Shown: in pieces, positions 1-12,244 of the stretch
How the letters are laid out: each line of letters opens with the position of its first letter
Numbering within the stretch: the first letter of the stretch is position 1
Source of the DNA: Macrostomum lignano
Lineage: Eukaryota
DNA length: 64,000 nucleotides
Direction of reading: 5' to 3'
NCBI GenBank assembly: GCA_002269645.1
Contig: NIVC01003773.1
Coordinates: forward strand, 13,533 to 77,532
Notes under the pieces: generated by a model
The model's input: only the letters and a program-made list of their open reading frames with translations
What the model was told of the DNA's origin: nothing
Database searches by the model: none
Program-made: the position numbers and the translations under genes

Positions 1-3000
1 CAACTGCTTCTGCTACTGCTAAGTCGAAGAAATTCTCTAAAAAGTCGTCTCTGGCTGCAGCGGAGGCCGCTGTTTCCGCCGCGTCTGTTGGTTCGACTTT
101 GTCGGATGACTATCTGGCTAAGCCGGCCTTGAAACGGCGCAACCGGCGGCGAGTTGATCCGCAGGTGAGAAAGTTACTGGTATTGCGATTGATGGCCTGT
201 TGGACTGCCGGAGATAGAGGCCAGGGCAAATGAGACAGACAGACAGACAGACACTACGAGTAAGGACAAACACTAAGACATACGCTGAGACAGACGCTAG
301 GACAGACGCTAAGACAGACACTAGGACAGGCACTACGAGTAAGACAGACACTGATACAAAGTAAACCGATGACAGAAACGCATCAGCTATTTAACACCAT
401 AACAACGCATCGCAAAAATGTTCCCAAAAGCAATTTATTTTAAAGCTGTCACGAAAACGCGATTACTCCATTACTTCATCCCTCAAATCCCCAGGTGGCC
501 CTCACCAGCTTACTCGAGGACGTGTTCGACAAAATCAAAGCGGTAAAAAATTCCCAGGATTTTCTCAATCCGGTCAGCGAGAAAGAATATCCGCACTATT
601 ATCAGATCATCAAACAGCCGATGGACCTGCTGACTATGAAGGAACGATTGCAGAAGAACCTGTATCAGACTCGAGAAGCATTCATCGATGATGTGAATTT
701 GATTTATAAGAACTGCGTCACGTTCAATGGTCAGCATAGCCTGTTGTCTGAGACTGCCAAGTGTATGCTCAATGTCTGCGCTGAGGAGATCACTGTTCGA
801 GAGGAGAAGCTGATGCGGTGAGACTTTACAGTGCATCGGGAACTTTAGTGTGTCCTAGTGTCTCTAAGTGTGTGTCCTAGTATCTCTAAGTGTGTGTCCT
901 AGGGTCTCTTAGTGTGTGTCCTAGTGTCTCTTAGTGTGTGTTCTAGTGTCTAGCTTAGTGTCTGTCTCAGCGTCTGCTTTAGTGTCTGTCCTAGTGAATG
1001 CTTTAGTGTCTGTCTTAGTGTCTGCCTTAGTGTCTGTCTTTGTATATGTTTTTGTGTCTGTCTTAGTGTCGCACAGTGTCTGTCCTAGTGTCTGTCCTAG
1101 TGTCTGTCCTAGTGTCTGTCCTGGTGTCTGCCTTAGTGTCTCTCTCATTTAATTCTATATTAGTGTCTGTCTCCGTGTGTGTTTCAGTGCCTGTCTGTGT
1201 CGAGAGACTCAAAAGATTAAGGAATTAAGATGCAAGATTTAGTTCCACGGCTGTATTTACATATATTATTGACTCGTTTATACATATGGTGCTAGTATTC
1301 GGAGCTGAAGGATAAGGAGGCTCGAACATAACTCGAAACCCGTATTTTAAAGCAGTCTCAAGTGTGAACCATCAAGCTATATATAAGTATATCCGTGTAC
1401 ATTATTTATTTTAAGCACACTGCCCTTCTCAAACTGACCCAGCATTGCTTGGAATTCTTGACACTCGAGGTTTTTTCGGCGAGAAGCCACAGAGAGAGAG
1501 ATAGAAGGAAGGAAGAATAAATTGAGTCAGGGAAGCTCTGCAAATTTCTACGGTCTTGTTTAAATTCTCTCCACACAGGATTATATTTTAGTAATATATT
1601 ATTATAGTATATTTTTGAGTGCAGGATTGATCCCACGAGTCCAGCATCTCAGAAGCAATTTTGCTGAATTTCAATTTTTTCCTACGCCACTGGGTAAAGA
1701 AAAAATGAGAAAAAATATTGCTTAATTGTGCCGGAAGCTAAAAATTATTTTTACTGGAGTGGGTACGTGTTTTTAAATTCAGGGGACTGCAAGGCAGTTA
1801 TACTCATTTAATAATTTTTTAAAAATATTTAACCTCAAAAAGTTTGTTTATCAGTAACGAGCTCTCGACAGACAGTTAAGTCTATCTAGTCATGAAATTG
1901 ACAGTTGCGATTTACAAGCTTGTTGGCAAAGTCTAGGCTAAAGAAAATCACGATTCCAGAGGTAATAGTCTACGATAGACAGACAGAAAGTAAGGCCACG
2001 TAACTCTCAAGGTCATAGTCTACGATAGGCAGACAGTAGCAGTAGGGCCACGTGACTCTCAAGGTCATAGTTTTCGATAGACAGACAGTAAGGCCACGTG
2101 ACTCTCAAGGTCATAGTTTTCGATAGACAGACAGTAAGGCCACGTGACACTCAAGGTCATAGTCTACAATAGACCGACAGTATGCTCACGTGATTTCTCT
2201 AGGTCATTAGTTTAACCTCAGAAAAACGACATCCATTACTAATAAAGAAGCTATCCAATCATCATTTCACAACGCAGCTACGAGAAGGCCATCAACCCGC
2301 TGCTAGACGAGGACGACATGGCCGGTTTGTCGTACATCCTCGGCCAGGCCGTACAGAAAATGGTCGCAGTTGAAGGCTCTCGACCGTTTCAATTCCGAGT
2401 AGATGGTAAAAAATGGCCAGATTATTACACTATAATCACTAAGCCAATGGATTTGGCCACTCTGCAGGACAAGGTCAACGCCAAGACTTATCGAAATCGA
2501 GACGAATTTCTATCCGACGTACAACTCATTCTGGACAACTGCATCGCTTATAATAGAGATTCGAGCAGTCTGACTGCAATCGCTAGGAAAATTGTCGAAG
2601 CCGGTCGAGAGGCCTTGGCTGTGAATGCTTCAACTCTGGACCAGCTGGAGGCTAACATCAGTCGCAGGCGGCAGGTTCAAGAGTTTGGCGGCTTTCTGGA
2701 AGACGACGGCGACACGTTCGCTGACAGCGCCAGTGTGGCCAGTCAGCGAGCTGTGGACGATGTTGTCACATCGACGCAGCAGCCATCAAGTCAGGCGCAA
2801 CAAAATCAGCAGCAGCAAAGTGAATCTGCTGCGGGCCTGGCTGAGGACCTGCAGCTGTCCGATTCTGAGGATTCTGACACCGACGACTCGTCTGATGATG
2901 GCGGGGGCGCCAATGAAAAGCAGGGTAAGAAAGGGCCACCGCCAGCCTCCCAGATCCTCAGTTGCTGGGCCAGCCTCCCAGATCCTCATTTTCTGGGCCA

Positions 3001-3491
3001 GCCTCCCAGATCCTCAGTTGCTGGGCCAGCCTCCCAGATCCTCAGTTGCTGGGCCAGCCTCCCAGATACTCAGTTGCTGGGCCAGCCTCCCAGATCCTCA
3101 GTTGCTGGGCCAGCCTCCCAGATCATCAGTTGCTGGGCCAGCCTCCCAGATTCTCAGTTGCTGAGCCAGCCTCCCAGATCCCCAGTTGCTGAGCCAGCCT
3201 CCCAGATCCCCAGTTGCTCCATATCCCTCGCAGTAACCCCAGCACTCTCCCCACACGCATCAATCTCCAGGCAGCGACGCAACGAATGCGCAAGACAACA
3301 AAGACAGCGACGAAGATTCGAACCCGGTCGCCGCTAAGCGACCCCGCCGCGAGTCGCCGACGCCCCAGCAACCGACGTCGGCCGCAACCGCAGCAGTCGA
3401 CGAAGCATCGAGCAAGGAGGACGCGGCGGTCCGCTTCTACGTTGGAGCCGGCAGCGGCGGTGAGAATTCGGACGGGTCTCCGATTTCTTGA
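1..3491 (+). CDS. TAF1: TFIID subunit 1 (TAF1), 3' part: double bromodomain plus acidic tail; 5'-partial. Exons <1-164, 495-817, 2278-2924, 3271-3491
   Basis: Spliced translation reads ...DDYLAKPALKRRNRRRVDPQ|VALTSLLEDVFDKIK...YYQIIKQPMDLLTMKERL...KLMR|YEKAINPLLDEDDMAGLSYILGQ...DYYTIITKPMDLATLQ...IAYN. This mirrors the TAF1 motifs RRRTDP, RPMDL and RLEKAINPLLDDDDQ. All three introns are GT-AG with matching phases (0, 2, 1). Stop is TGA at 3489-3491. Confidence 0.93.
234..352. repeat. (GACA)n grading into a 12-bp GACAGACACTAA-type repeat, TAF1 intron
   Basis: Direct reading of the sequence. Confidence 0.75.
845..1195. repeat. 12-bp minisatellite TTAGTGTCTGTC, TAF1 intron
   Basis: Direct reading; the 4-aa periodicity (VLVS) in the ORF track agrees. 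Confidence 0.9.
1975..2200. repeat. 46-bp minisatellite (about 5 copies) GATAGACAGACAGTAAGGCCACGTGACTCTCAAGGTCATAGTTTTC, TAF1 intron
   Basis: Unit starts at 2076 and 2122 (period 46). Confidence 0.85.
2944..3215. repeat. 28-bp minisatellite CCTCCCAGATCCTCAGTTGCTGGGCCAG, TAF1 last intron
   Basis: About 10 near-perfect copies. Confidence 0.95.
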
Positions 3492-3624
3492 AATAGACTC
3501 TGCTTAGCTCTAATTAATAACAGTTTTCATTAACTGATTGATAGGGTTATTAATGTCGCAATTAATACCTAGCTAGTTAATAACCCAGCAATTCCATTAT
3601 TTTGAATTTGTGTTTCTTATTGAA

Positions 3625-4281
3625 CCACCTGTGAGAACCGCCCCCCCCCCCCCTGCAACCCACCTGTGAGAATCGCCCCCTGCAACCCACCTGTGAGAAT
3701 CGCCCCCCTGCAACCCACCTGTGAGAATCGCCCCCCTGCAACCCACCTGTGAGAACTGACCCCCTGCAACCCACCTGTGAGAATCGCCTCCCCCTGCAAC
3801 CCACCTGTGAGAATCGCCTCCCCCTGCAACCCACCTGTGAGAACCGACCCCCTGCAACCCACCTGTGAAAATCGCCTCCCCCTGCAACCCACCTGTGAGA
3901 ATCGCCCCCCCCCGCAACCTACCTGTGAGAATCGCCCCCCCCCTACAACCCACCTGTGAGAATCGCCCCCCTGCAACCCACCTGTGAGAATCGCCTCCCC
4001 TGCAACCCACCTGTGAGAATCGCCCCCCCCCCCGCAACCTACCTGTGAGAATCGCCCCCCCCTGCAACCACCTGTGAGAATCGCCCCCCTGCAACCCACC
4101 TGTGAGAACTGACCCCCTGCAACCCACCTGTGAGAATCGCCTCCCCCTGCAACCCACCTGTGAGAACCGACCCCCTGCAACCCACCTGTGAAAATCGCCC
4201 CCCCCCTGCAACCCACCTGTGAGAATCGCCCCCCTGCAACCCACCTGTGAGAATCGCCCCCCCTGCAACCCACCTGTGAGT
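3625..4281. repeat. About 30-bp minisatellite CCTGCAACCCACCTGTGAGAATCGCCCCC with variable C-run
   Basis: About 21 copies; length variation is confined to the C homopolymer. Confidence 0.95.
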
Positions 4282-4849
4282 TCTCATCATCTATTTCTGT
4301 TCGCACTGGCAGCTGTACATGTTCCTGTAGATCCTGTATTTCTCGTCTATAACGCGCTAATGTAATTTCATTTGACCTCATTATGTTTCATGTTTGTATG
4401 TGTGTGTGTGTGTGCGTGCATGTAAGCCAATTTATCCTGTTTGTATTAAGCCTTTTGTGCGAGGGACAAAAGGCCTCACAAATATACCGCTCTCTCTGCG
4501 TTAATCATCGTGTCGTCGCATTTGCAAATTTTCAAATTTAAAACAAACTTTCATGGTTAGTTTCTTTTTGCTATAATTTTAGCAGCTGTCACTGAGACAG
4601 ATGATTTACAAGCTGCGGTATCTGCAATAGGTGAAGAGGTTGCTGCTCTAACTTTTTTGCATCATACCGCAGGTTAAAAATCCTGTGTTAATCTTTTAAT
4701 CCTACTGAGAATAAAAGCCCACTAAGCATGATTGAAGGGCAGTCTTGTTGATTCTCAGTTTGTAAATCATTATTTTTCATTCCTAAAACTCATAAATTCA
4801 TATATACCTATTGGCAGAAGGGCTGCGGGCATAACGCCTTCGCTGAGGC

Positions 4850-5737
4850 TGTCTTGGTGTCTGTCTTGGTGTCTGTCTTGGTGTCTGTCTTGGTGTCTGT
4901 CTTGGTGTCCGTCTTGGTGTCTGCCTTGGTGACTGTCTTGCTGTCTGCCTTGGTGTCAGCCTTGGTGTCAGCCTTGGTGTCAGCCTTGGTGTCAGCCTTG
5001 GTGTCAGCCTTGGTGTCTGTCTTGGTGTCTGCCTTGGTGTCTGTCTTGGTGTCTGCCTTGGTGTCTGCCTTGGTGTCTGCCTTGGTGTCTGTCTTGGTGT
5101 CAGCCTTGGTGTCTGTCTTGGTGTCTGTCTTGGTGTCTGTCTTGGTGTCTGCCTTGGTGTCTGTCTTGGTATCTGCCTTGGTGTCTGCCTTGGTGTCTGC
5201 CTTGGTGTCAGTCTTGGTGTCAGCCTTGGTGTCAGCCTTGGTGTCTGTCTTGGTGTCTGCCTTGGTGTCTGCCTTGGTGTCTGCCTTGGTGTCTGTCTTG
5301 GTGTCTGCCTTGGTGTCAGCCTTGGTGTCTGTCTTGGGTGTCAGCCTTGGTGTCTGCCTTGGTGTCAGCCTTGGTGTCTGTCTTGGGTGTCAGCCTTGGT
5401 GTCTGCCTTGGTGTCTGTCTTGGTGTCAGCCTTGGTGTCAGCCTTGGTGTCTGCCTTGGTGTCAGCCTTGGTGTCTGCCTTGGTGTCTGTCTTGGTGTCT
5501 GTCTTGGTGTCTGTCTTGGTGTCAGCCTTGGTGTCTGTCTTGGTGTCTGCCTTGGTGACTCTCTTGGTGTCTGCCTTGCTGTCTGCCTTGGTGTCTGCCT
5601 TGGTGTCTGCCTTGGTGACTGTCTTGGTGTCAGCCTTGGTGTCTGCCTTGGTGTCTGTCTTGGTGTCTGTCTTGGTGTCAGCCTTGGTGTCTGCCTTGGT
5701 GACTGTCTTGGTGACTGTCCTGGTGTCTGTCTTGGTC
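4850..5737. repeat. 12-bp minisatellite TTGGTGTCTGYC / TTGGTGTCAGCC
   Basis: About 73 copies; same family as 845-1195. Confidence 0.95.
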
Positions 5738-5748
5738 GGCATCCATTC

Positions 5749-5900
5749 AAGCGCGCCAATACTGTACGCAGGTACGGCACTAATACACACGCTCACACAG
5801 GGTGTACAGCGGCCCTGGCTATCTAATCGTCAGGCAAGTGCACTCCCTGTGCCTTGGAGGCTGGCCCTCGTGGCACACGAGCCCTAAATCAATGCACGGG
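5749..5900 (-). mobile_element. Partial copy of the same SINE-like body
   Basis: CAATACTGTACGCAGG...CACGCTCACACAGGGTGTACAGCGGCCC...TGTGCCTTGG..G.TGGCC.TCGTGGC aligns by eye, with scattered substitutions, to the reverse complement of 33331-33458 and to 36045-36170. Confidence 0.6.
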
Positions 5901-6874
5901 ATGGAATCAGGGGACGTGATGCGGCCGCGTTTACCGCTGCTCTGCCCCCCCCCTCCCCCTTAGACATGCTTCGGAAAACGAGATCTTTTTTTCAACTGGG
6001 CTTAAAGCCATGAGCTGGTTTCCCCTGAGCAGGTATGCTACACTCACTGCTTTCCAAGATTTTTTATCCCTGATATGCGCCCTCAAAATCCTAGAATCCT
6101 ACTAGCTAGATTCCGCTTTTTTCTTCCCCATCTGCCTCTTGTGATTCCTAATTTTTTGCTTCCTATTTTCGATGCCAAACGAAATTAGCGGCACGGGTTC
6201 GGAAATAAAATTCAAACAATTTTCATCCTGTTTAGAAGTTTAGAGAGTCGCTTCTGCAGTAATTGATGCTGTGCGGCCTGAGCTAAAAGCGTTTGGCTCG
6301 CATGCAAGGGGTTTCATCACTCAGAGTTTAAGGATGATTCGATCTGTTGGTATAGAGCCAAGAAAACTCAGATTGTGTGTTTTTGGTCAATTTTCTGGAG
6401 AAAAAATGCAAGAAACAACCAAATTGAAAGAGTGGTAATCATCACTGCCCCCGATCAAATGCAATCATAGATTTTTTATGCCATAATTATTATTTCTTAT
6501 CTCCGCAGACCTTGAGACATCTGGCCTAAGGAGCTAGGCAGTGACCGTGTATATGTACGGTTGAAAATCCTTTCCGATTTTTAAAGGGCCGTGCTGACGT
6601 TGTCAATGGCCGTCGAGAAAAAACCCATGCAGGGTTGTACCTGTCGCTCAGAAACCGCCACATTCAATTTTCTCAAGTATCGCATGTATCGCTCGAGAAT
6701 GAAAACAACTCTAGCTTCAGTCCAACACCTGGGCCACATGATTTGGGAGGGGGGGGGGCTATAGGGCGCATGGTTATGCCATAAACTTCCAAGAAATCCG
6801 GAGCTTTTGGACCGGAGAAGCTCTAAGAGACAGCTGGGCGCCCATCCTTAATCTGATTTTGTAGACTATTAAAA

Positions 6875-6912
6875 GGCTGTAGCCCAGTGGTTAGAGCGTC
6901 GAACTGTACTGT
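6875..6912 (+). pseudogene. tRNA-like 5' half (A-box), probably a SINE head or tRNA fragment interrupted by a minisatellite
   Basis: GGCTGTAGCCCAGTGGTTAGAGCG contains the A-box TAGCCCAGTGG (6880-6890) and a D-arm-like sequence. No T-arm or B-box follows; the 22-bp array starts immediately. Confidence 0.35.
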
Positions 6913-7615
6913 GGTGGGCGCCCCTGTCTCTCTTGGTGGGCGCCCCTGTCTCTCTTGGTGGGCGCCCCTGTCTCTCTTGGTGGATGCCCCTGTCTCTCTT
7001 GGTGGGCGCCCCTGTCTCTCTTGGTGGGCGCCCCTGTCTCTCTTGGTGAATGCCCCTGTCTCTCTTGGTGGGCGCCCCTGTCTCTCTTGGTGGGCGCCCC
7101 TGTCTCTCTTGGTGGATGCCCCTGTCTCTCTTGGTGGATGCCCCTGTCTCTCTTGGTGGGCGCCCCTGTCTCTCTTGGTGGATGCCCCTGTCTCTCTTGG
7201 TGGATGCCCCTGTCTCTCTTGGTGGATGCCCCTGTCTCTCTTGGTGGATGCCCCTGTCTCTTTTGGTGGATGCCACTGTCTCTCTTGGTGGATGCCCCTG
7301 TCTCTCTTGGTGGATGCCCCTGTCTCTCTTGGTGGATGCCCCCTTTCTCTCTTGGTGGGCGCCCCTGTCTCTCTTGGTGGATGCCCCTGTCTCTCTTGGT
7401 GGATGCCACTGTCTCTCTTGGTGGATGCCACTGTCTCTCTTGGTGGATGCCCCTGTCTCTCTTGGTGGATGCCACTGTCTCTCTTGGTGGATGCCACTGT
7501 CTCTCTTGGTGGATGCCACTGTCTCTCTTGGTGGATGCCCCTGTCTCTCTTGGTGGATGCCCCTGTCTCTCTTGGTGGATGCCACTGTCTCTCTTGGTGG
7601 GCGCCCCTGTCTCTT
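6912..7615. repeat. 22-bp minisatellite GCCCCTGTCTCTCTTGGTGG(AT/GC)
   Basis: About 32 copies. Confidence 0.95.
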
Positions 7616-8086
7616 ACGTTCGTGGATGTTCCATCCCAGAGGTGGCAAAAGTTGAGTCCCGGTCATTCATTTATGGACAAAGACTGTGGGGGACCCCGGC
7701 CCTTCCGCCCTCCGTCCTCCTCGCGTAAAAAGTTTCTTTTTTATAAGCGGATGGATTCGCTAGACAAATGAAGCTGAAAGGCCAGAGACTAGAATTCATA
7801 AACAAACTGTTCAGGTGTTGCAACTTATAACCTGCAGGCACTCAGGCCATGCAGGACTGGCAGATTATATTTAAAAGACTTGCTATGCTTCGACAGATAA
7901 TAGCAAAACAGGAAGTGAATTCTAACGTAATTAAAAAGCACCTTGTCACGCAAAGTTAACTAAAATTACCTAATTGTAATTAGGTAATTAGGTCTAGCCG
8001 TAGCATATTTTATACCCGGACATGTAGTATTGTGAGTCTTCGATGACGCATAGACAGCTACAAGATTATCCTGTGTCTCATCCACA

Positions 8087-8312
8087 TCAGTCAGTCAGTC
8101 AGTCAGTCAGTCAGTCAGTCAGCCAGTCAGTCAGTCAGTCAGTCAGTCAGTCAGCCAGTCAGTCAGTCAGTCAGTCAGTCAGTCAGTCAGCCAGTCAGTC
8201 AGTCAGTCAGTCAGTCAGTCAGTCAGTCAGTCAGTCAGTCAGTCAGTCAGTCAGTCAGTCAGTCAGTCAGTCAGCCAGTCAGTCAGTCAGTCAGTCAGTC
8301 AGTCAGTCAGTC
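8087..8312. repeat. (TCAG)n microsatellite
   Basis: About 56 tetramers with occasional CCAG variants. Confidence 0.97.
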
Positions 8313-8639
8313 AATATAAAAAATAACAAAGAACACAAGAGCTATCCGTCAGGTACCTGCAGGTAAAAACTTTATTAGTTAGACTTTAGCAGAGTTGCAA
8401 TTGCATGGCTATATTAGAAATTATTAAAACAACAAAAAATGGTCAAACTGCAAATTAAAAAGCACACAACTGACAATACTGTATAATACAATAGAATAGG
8501 AAATGCACTAAAATTAAAAAATAATCAGGTACAAGAAACTACCGCATCGTTAATAATAGAAAGCGCAATTGTCTCGATAAAAAATGAAGCATATTAATAT
8601 TTGAGCAGCTAATTAGCATATTAGCTCGTACTGAACTAA

Positions 8640-10055
8640 TTAGCGCAATCGGCCATCAGGTTCGGTTTGCACTCCACAGCGAACACTGATGTTGCCGCGA
8701 ACCGGACAAGAGCCGATTGGCGGAGCTTCAATGCTGACATTGCCCGCGCTGAGCCTGACCAAATCCATGGTGATTGACACCTCGCCTAGCAAGTTAAATT
8801 GCCGCTTTTTCCACTGCATTTTCTCTTGTTGCTTGTGCAATTTCTGCTGCTGCTGCTCGCCGGAAAGCAGCGACTTCACGCCCAGGCGGGGAAAGAAACG
8901 GCGTCGTTTGTTTGGCACTCTGTAGGAGCAACCGCCTGCGGGTGGGTGTTGGCTGGGCGATGTACATTGGAACTGGTTGTGTGATGTACATTGGGACTGG
9001 CTGTGGGATGTACATTGGGACTGGCTGTGTGATGTACATTGGGACTGGCTGTGTGATGTACATTGGGGTCGTCTGTGTGATGTACATTAGGGTAGCTGGG
9101 TGATGTGCATTGGGGCTGGCTGTGTGATGTACATTCAGGTTGGCTGGGAGACGTACATTGGGGCTGGCTAGCGATGTACATAAGGGCTGGCTGCGTGGTG
9201 TACATAGGGGTTGTCTGGGTAAGTACATTTTGGCTGGCTAGGAGATGTACTTTGGGGCTGGCTAGCGATGTACACACCAGTGTTAATAAATCACTCACCA
9301 GCAGCAACAGGTGCATCACAGACCAGCCGAAGCCAGTAAACCTGAAGTGCGACATTAAAATCGGCCGCCAAGCACGGCACGCTCACAGCGCAAGGAACCG
9401 TCAGAGCTGAGGCTTCGCTATAGTCAGCCTGACCCAAATCGGCCATCTTGCTGGCATAAATGCAACCAATTGGAGAGCGCAACAAGCATACAAAACAATG
9501 CCGTTCGTGTTTTAACAATAGATTGATATCGATTGGCAATAGAATTTGCGACACCTTTAGCTGATAACTAGTTGGCCTAGTTGTTGCTAGGCACTCTGTG
9601 TCAACTGTAGTTTTGCTCTCAGATTCTTCGGTAGAAATCAATTGCAGTGCGTGCTGCCGCCTCTGCTCACATAGCAGAAGCTGGAATAACAGCTGACTAA
9701 TATCTCCATCACCTTCGGAGTAGTTTAACAGCCTGCTATGAAGTTGGCTAATGGATTCGAGTTCCTCGTTGACAAGATTTTGCAAACGGTTCCACCCGAC
9801 GCTGAGACAGGGACAAGCCGGTTCTTCTTCTGCATCTTCTTCCGCGGATATTTCTCCAGAGAATACTGAGGATGATTTACAACCATCCAAGCGACTGCGT
9901 ACAATAGAGTACAGGCTAGCACCAGAGGTAGTGTCAGTATTGCTGTCTGGCACTACAACAACAGGCACAGCTCGAAACACACCTTCCCGAAGAATTGGTT
10001 GAGAACAGTCTTCAGTATAGTTATGATTGTCAATCTGTTTTAGAATTGACTGCAT
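8640..10055 (-). CDS. Anillin/rhotekin-like protein (Rho-binding helix plus anillin-homology C2-like domain), about 350 aa, no PH domain. Exons 10055-9299 and 8935-8640
   Basis: The donor G|GTGAGT at 9298 and acceptor cccgcAG|G at 8936 join in frame (757+296 nt). NLVNEELESISQLHSRLL...QLLLCEQRRQHALQLI resembles the anillin RBD. LKVSQILLPI...FVCLLR...IYASKM...ADFNVALQVYWL and FNLLGEVSITM...PVRGNISVRC resemble the AH domain of anillin and rhotekin. Recognised from memory, not from an HMM search. Confidence 0.72.
8955..9275. repeat. 24-bp minisatellite GATGTACATTGGGRCTGGCTGTGT filling the anillin-like intron
   Basis: About 13 copies; 8-aa periodicity in the ORF track. Confidence 0.9.
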
Positions 10056-10261
10056 TATTTAGTTGATCGAAATTTCAATTTTCTAATGCTGAAATATAGT
10101 GTCAAAAAACTCATTGAAAATGCTGTTTTTATAAAGAAAATCAAAATTTATTAATACATTACGGACCCTAGGGATTAAAAGTGGACCGTTAAAGAATAAA
10201 ATGAATCAAAAGAAAAAATGGGGCAGAATGTTCTTATAGAGCTTTTCTGTCGGGATTCTTA

Positions 10262-10820
10262 AATGGGGAATCTCAAGCATCACAATGGAGAATCTCAGGC
10301 ATCTCAATGGAGAATCTCAGGCATCTCAATGGAGAATCTCAGGCATCTCAATGGAGAATCTCAGGCATCTCAATGCAGAATCTCAGGCATCTCAATGGAG
10401 AATCTCAGACATCTCAATGGAGAATCTCAGACATCTCAATGGAGAATCTCAGGCATCTCAGAGGAGAATCTCAGGCTTCTCAAATGAGAATCCCAGGCCT
10501 TGGAAAAGAGAATCTCAGGTATCTTAAATCTCAGGCATCTCGAAGGAGAATCTCAGGCATCTCAGAGGAGAATCTCAGGCATCTCGAAGGAGAATCTCAG
10601 GCATCTCAGAGGAGAATCTCAGACATCTCAAAGGAGAATCTCAGGCATCTCTAAGGAGAATCTCAGGCATCTCTGAGGAGAATCTCGGGCTTCTCAAATG
10701 AGAATCCCAGGCCTTGCAAAGGAGAATCTCAGGCATCTCTAAGGAGAGTCTCAGGCATCTCAAATGAGAATCCCAGGCCTTGGAAAGGAGAATCTCAGGC
10801 ATCTCTAAGGAGAATCCCAG
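10262..10820. repeat. 22-bp minisatellite GGAGAATCTCAGGCATCTCAAT
   Basis: Unit starts at 10331 and 10353. A longer variant unit (CTCAAATGAGAATCCCAGGCCTTG) recurs three times. Confidence 0.92.
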
Positions 10821-11419
10821 AATATCTATATCTAGCTTAATTTCTAATAAATTATTGAAAAGCAGCGGTTTGTGTTGGGACCGATGCCTCACTAACTAAA
10901 TTTCCATTAACTATGGCAATAGTTAATCAATAGTTAAATCCTTAAACCTTCCCTATTTGGCAACAGAGGAGGGAAAGGTTAATCCTAGATTTAACAAATA
11001 TGAATATCGATCCCCAACCTATAGGTCTTCAGGGAGGGGGGTTCGGGAGAACTAAGAAAAAAATAGACAGCTTAAGAAGGTTGGGTAATAACAACCGCGC
11101 TGTAAAATAGAATAATTATTTAGTATTTTATTTCAATTTTTTTAACTATCGATTTCACCCTTACGTAAAACATATTTTATGTAAATAAGTAAAAGCAACT
11201 AAGCTGACAAAATAAAAGTTATTAAGATATTGACAACTACAGAAAAAAGTATAAAACAGCGAAAGTTAAAATTAACTGCTTCAAAAAGCAGACATAAAAT
11301 ATGACACTTTAAGCAAAGACAAAGCAGATCTGCGTGCACAATTACTAACATAAAAAAGCAGAAAAAGTTTGTTAAAATTTAAAAGCTTAAGGACAAGTAC
11401 CAGATTTAACGGGACAAAA

Positions 11420-12215
11420 TAGACAGACATATTGAGACAGACTAGAGATAGAGGACAGACATATTGAGACAGACTAGAGATAGAGGACAGACACATTGAG
11501 ACAGATTAGGGATAGAGGACAGACACATTGTGACAGATTAGGGATAGAGGACAGACACATTCAGACACATCATAGGGATAGAGGACAGACAACATTCAGA
11601 CACATCATAAGGATAGAGGACAGACACATTCAGACATCATAAGGATAGAGGATAGACACATTCAGACACATCATAAGGATAGAGGATAGACACATTCAGA
11701 CACATCATAGGGATAGAGGACAGACACATTCAGACACATCATAGGGATAGAGGACAGACACATTCAGACACATCATAAGGATAGAGGACAGACACATTCA
11801 GACACATCATAAGGATAGAGGACAGACACATTCAGACATCATAAGGATAGAGGATAGACACATTCGGACACATCATAAGGATAGAGGACAGACAAATTCA
11901 GACACATCATAAGGATAGAGGACAGACACATTCGGACACATCATAAGGATAGAGGACAGACACATTCGGACACATCATAAGGATAGAGGACAGACAAATT
12001 CAGACACATCATAAGGATAGAGGACAGACACATTCGGACACATCATAAGGATAGAGGACAGACACATTCAGACACATCATAAGGATAGAGGACAGACACA
12101 TTCAGACACATCATAAGGATAGAGGACAGACACATTCGGACACATCATAAGGATAGAGGACAGACACATTCGGACACATCATAAGGATAGAGGACAGACA
12201 CATTCAGACACATCA
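11420..12215. repeat. 34-bp minisatellite TAAGGATAGAGGACAGACACATTCAGACACATCA
   Basis: Unit starts at 11776 and 11810. Confidence 0.93.
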
Positions 12216-12244
12216 CACAGTTCCAATGTTTTAAAACAAAACTC

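Noticed and set aside
2925-3337. C-terminal extension of ORF 2318..3337 (PPRSSVAGPASQILSCWASLPD repeats)
   Set aside because: It is read-through into the intron; a G|GTAAGA donor at 2925 and an in-phase acceptor at 3270 give a normal acidic TAF1 tail.
4560-4850. Short protein-like open frames on both strands near 4580-4680 and 4810-4850
   Set aside because: Splice sites are plausible but ambiguous on both strands and there is no recognisable homology, so I could not build a gene model.
6875-6950. Functional tRNA gene
   Set aside because: Only the A-box/D-arm half is present; there is no paired anticodon stem, T-arm or acceptor stem.
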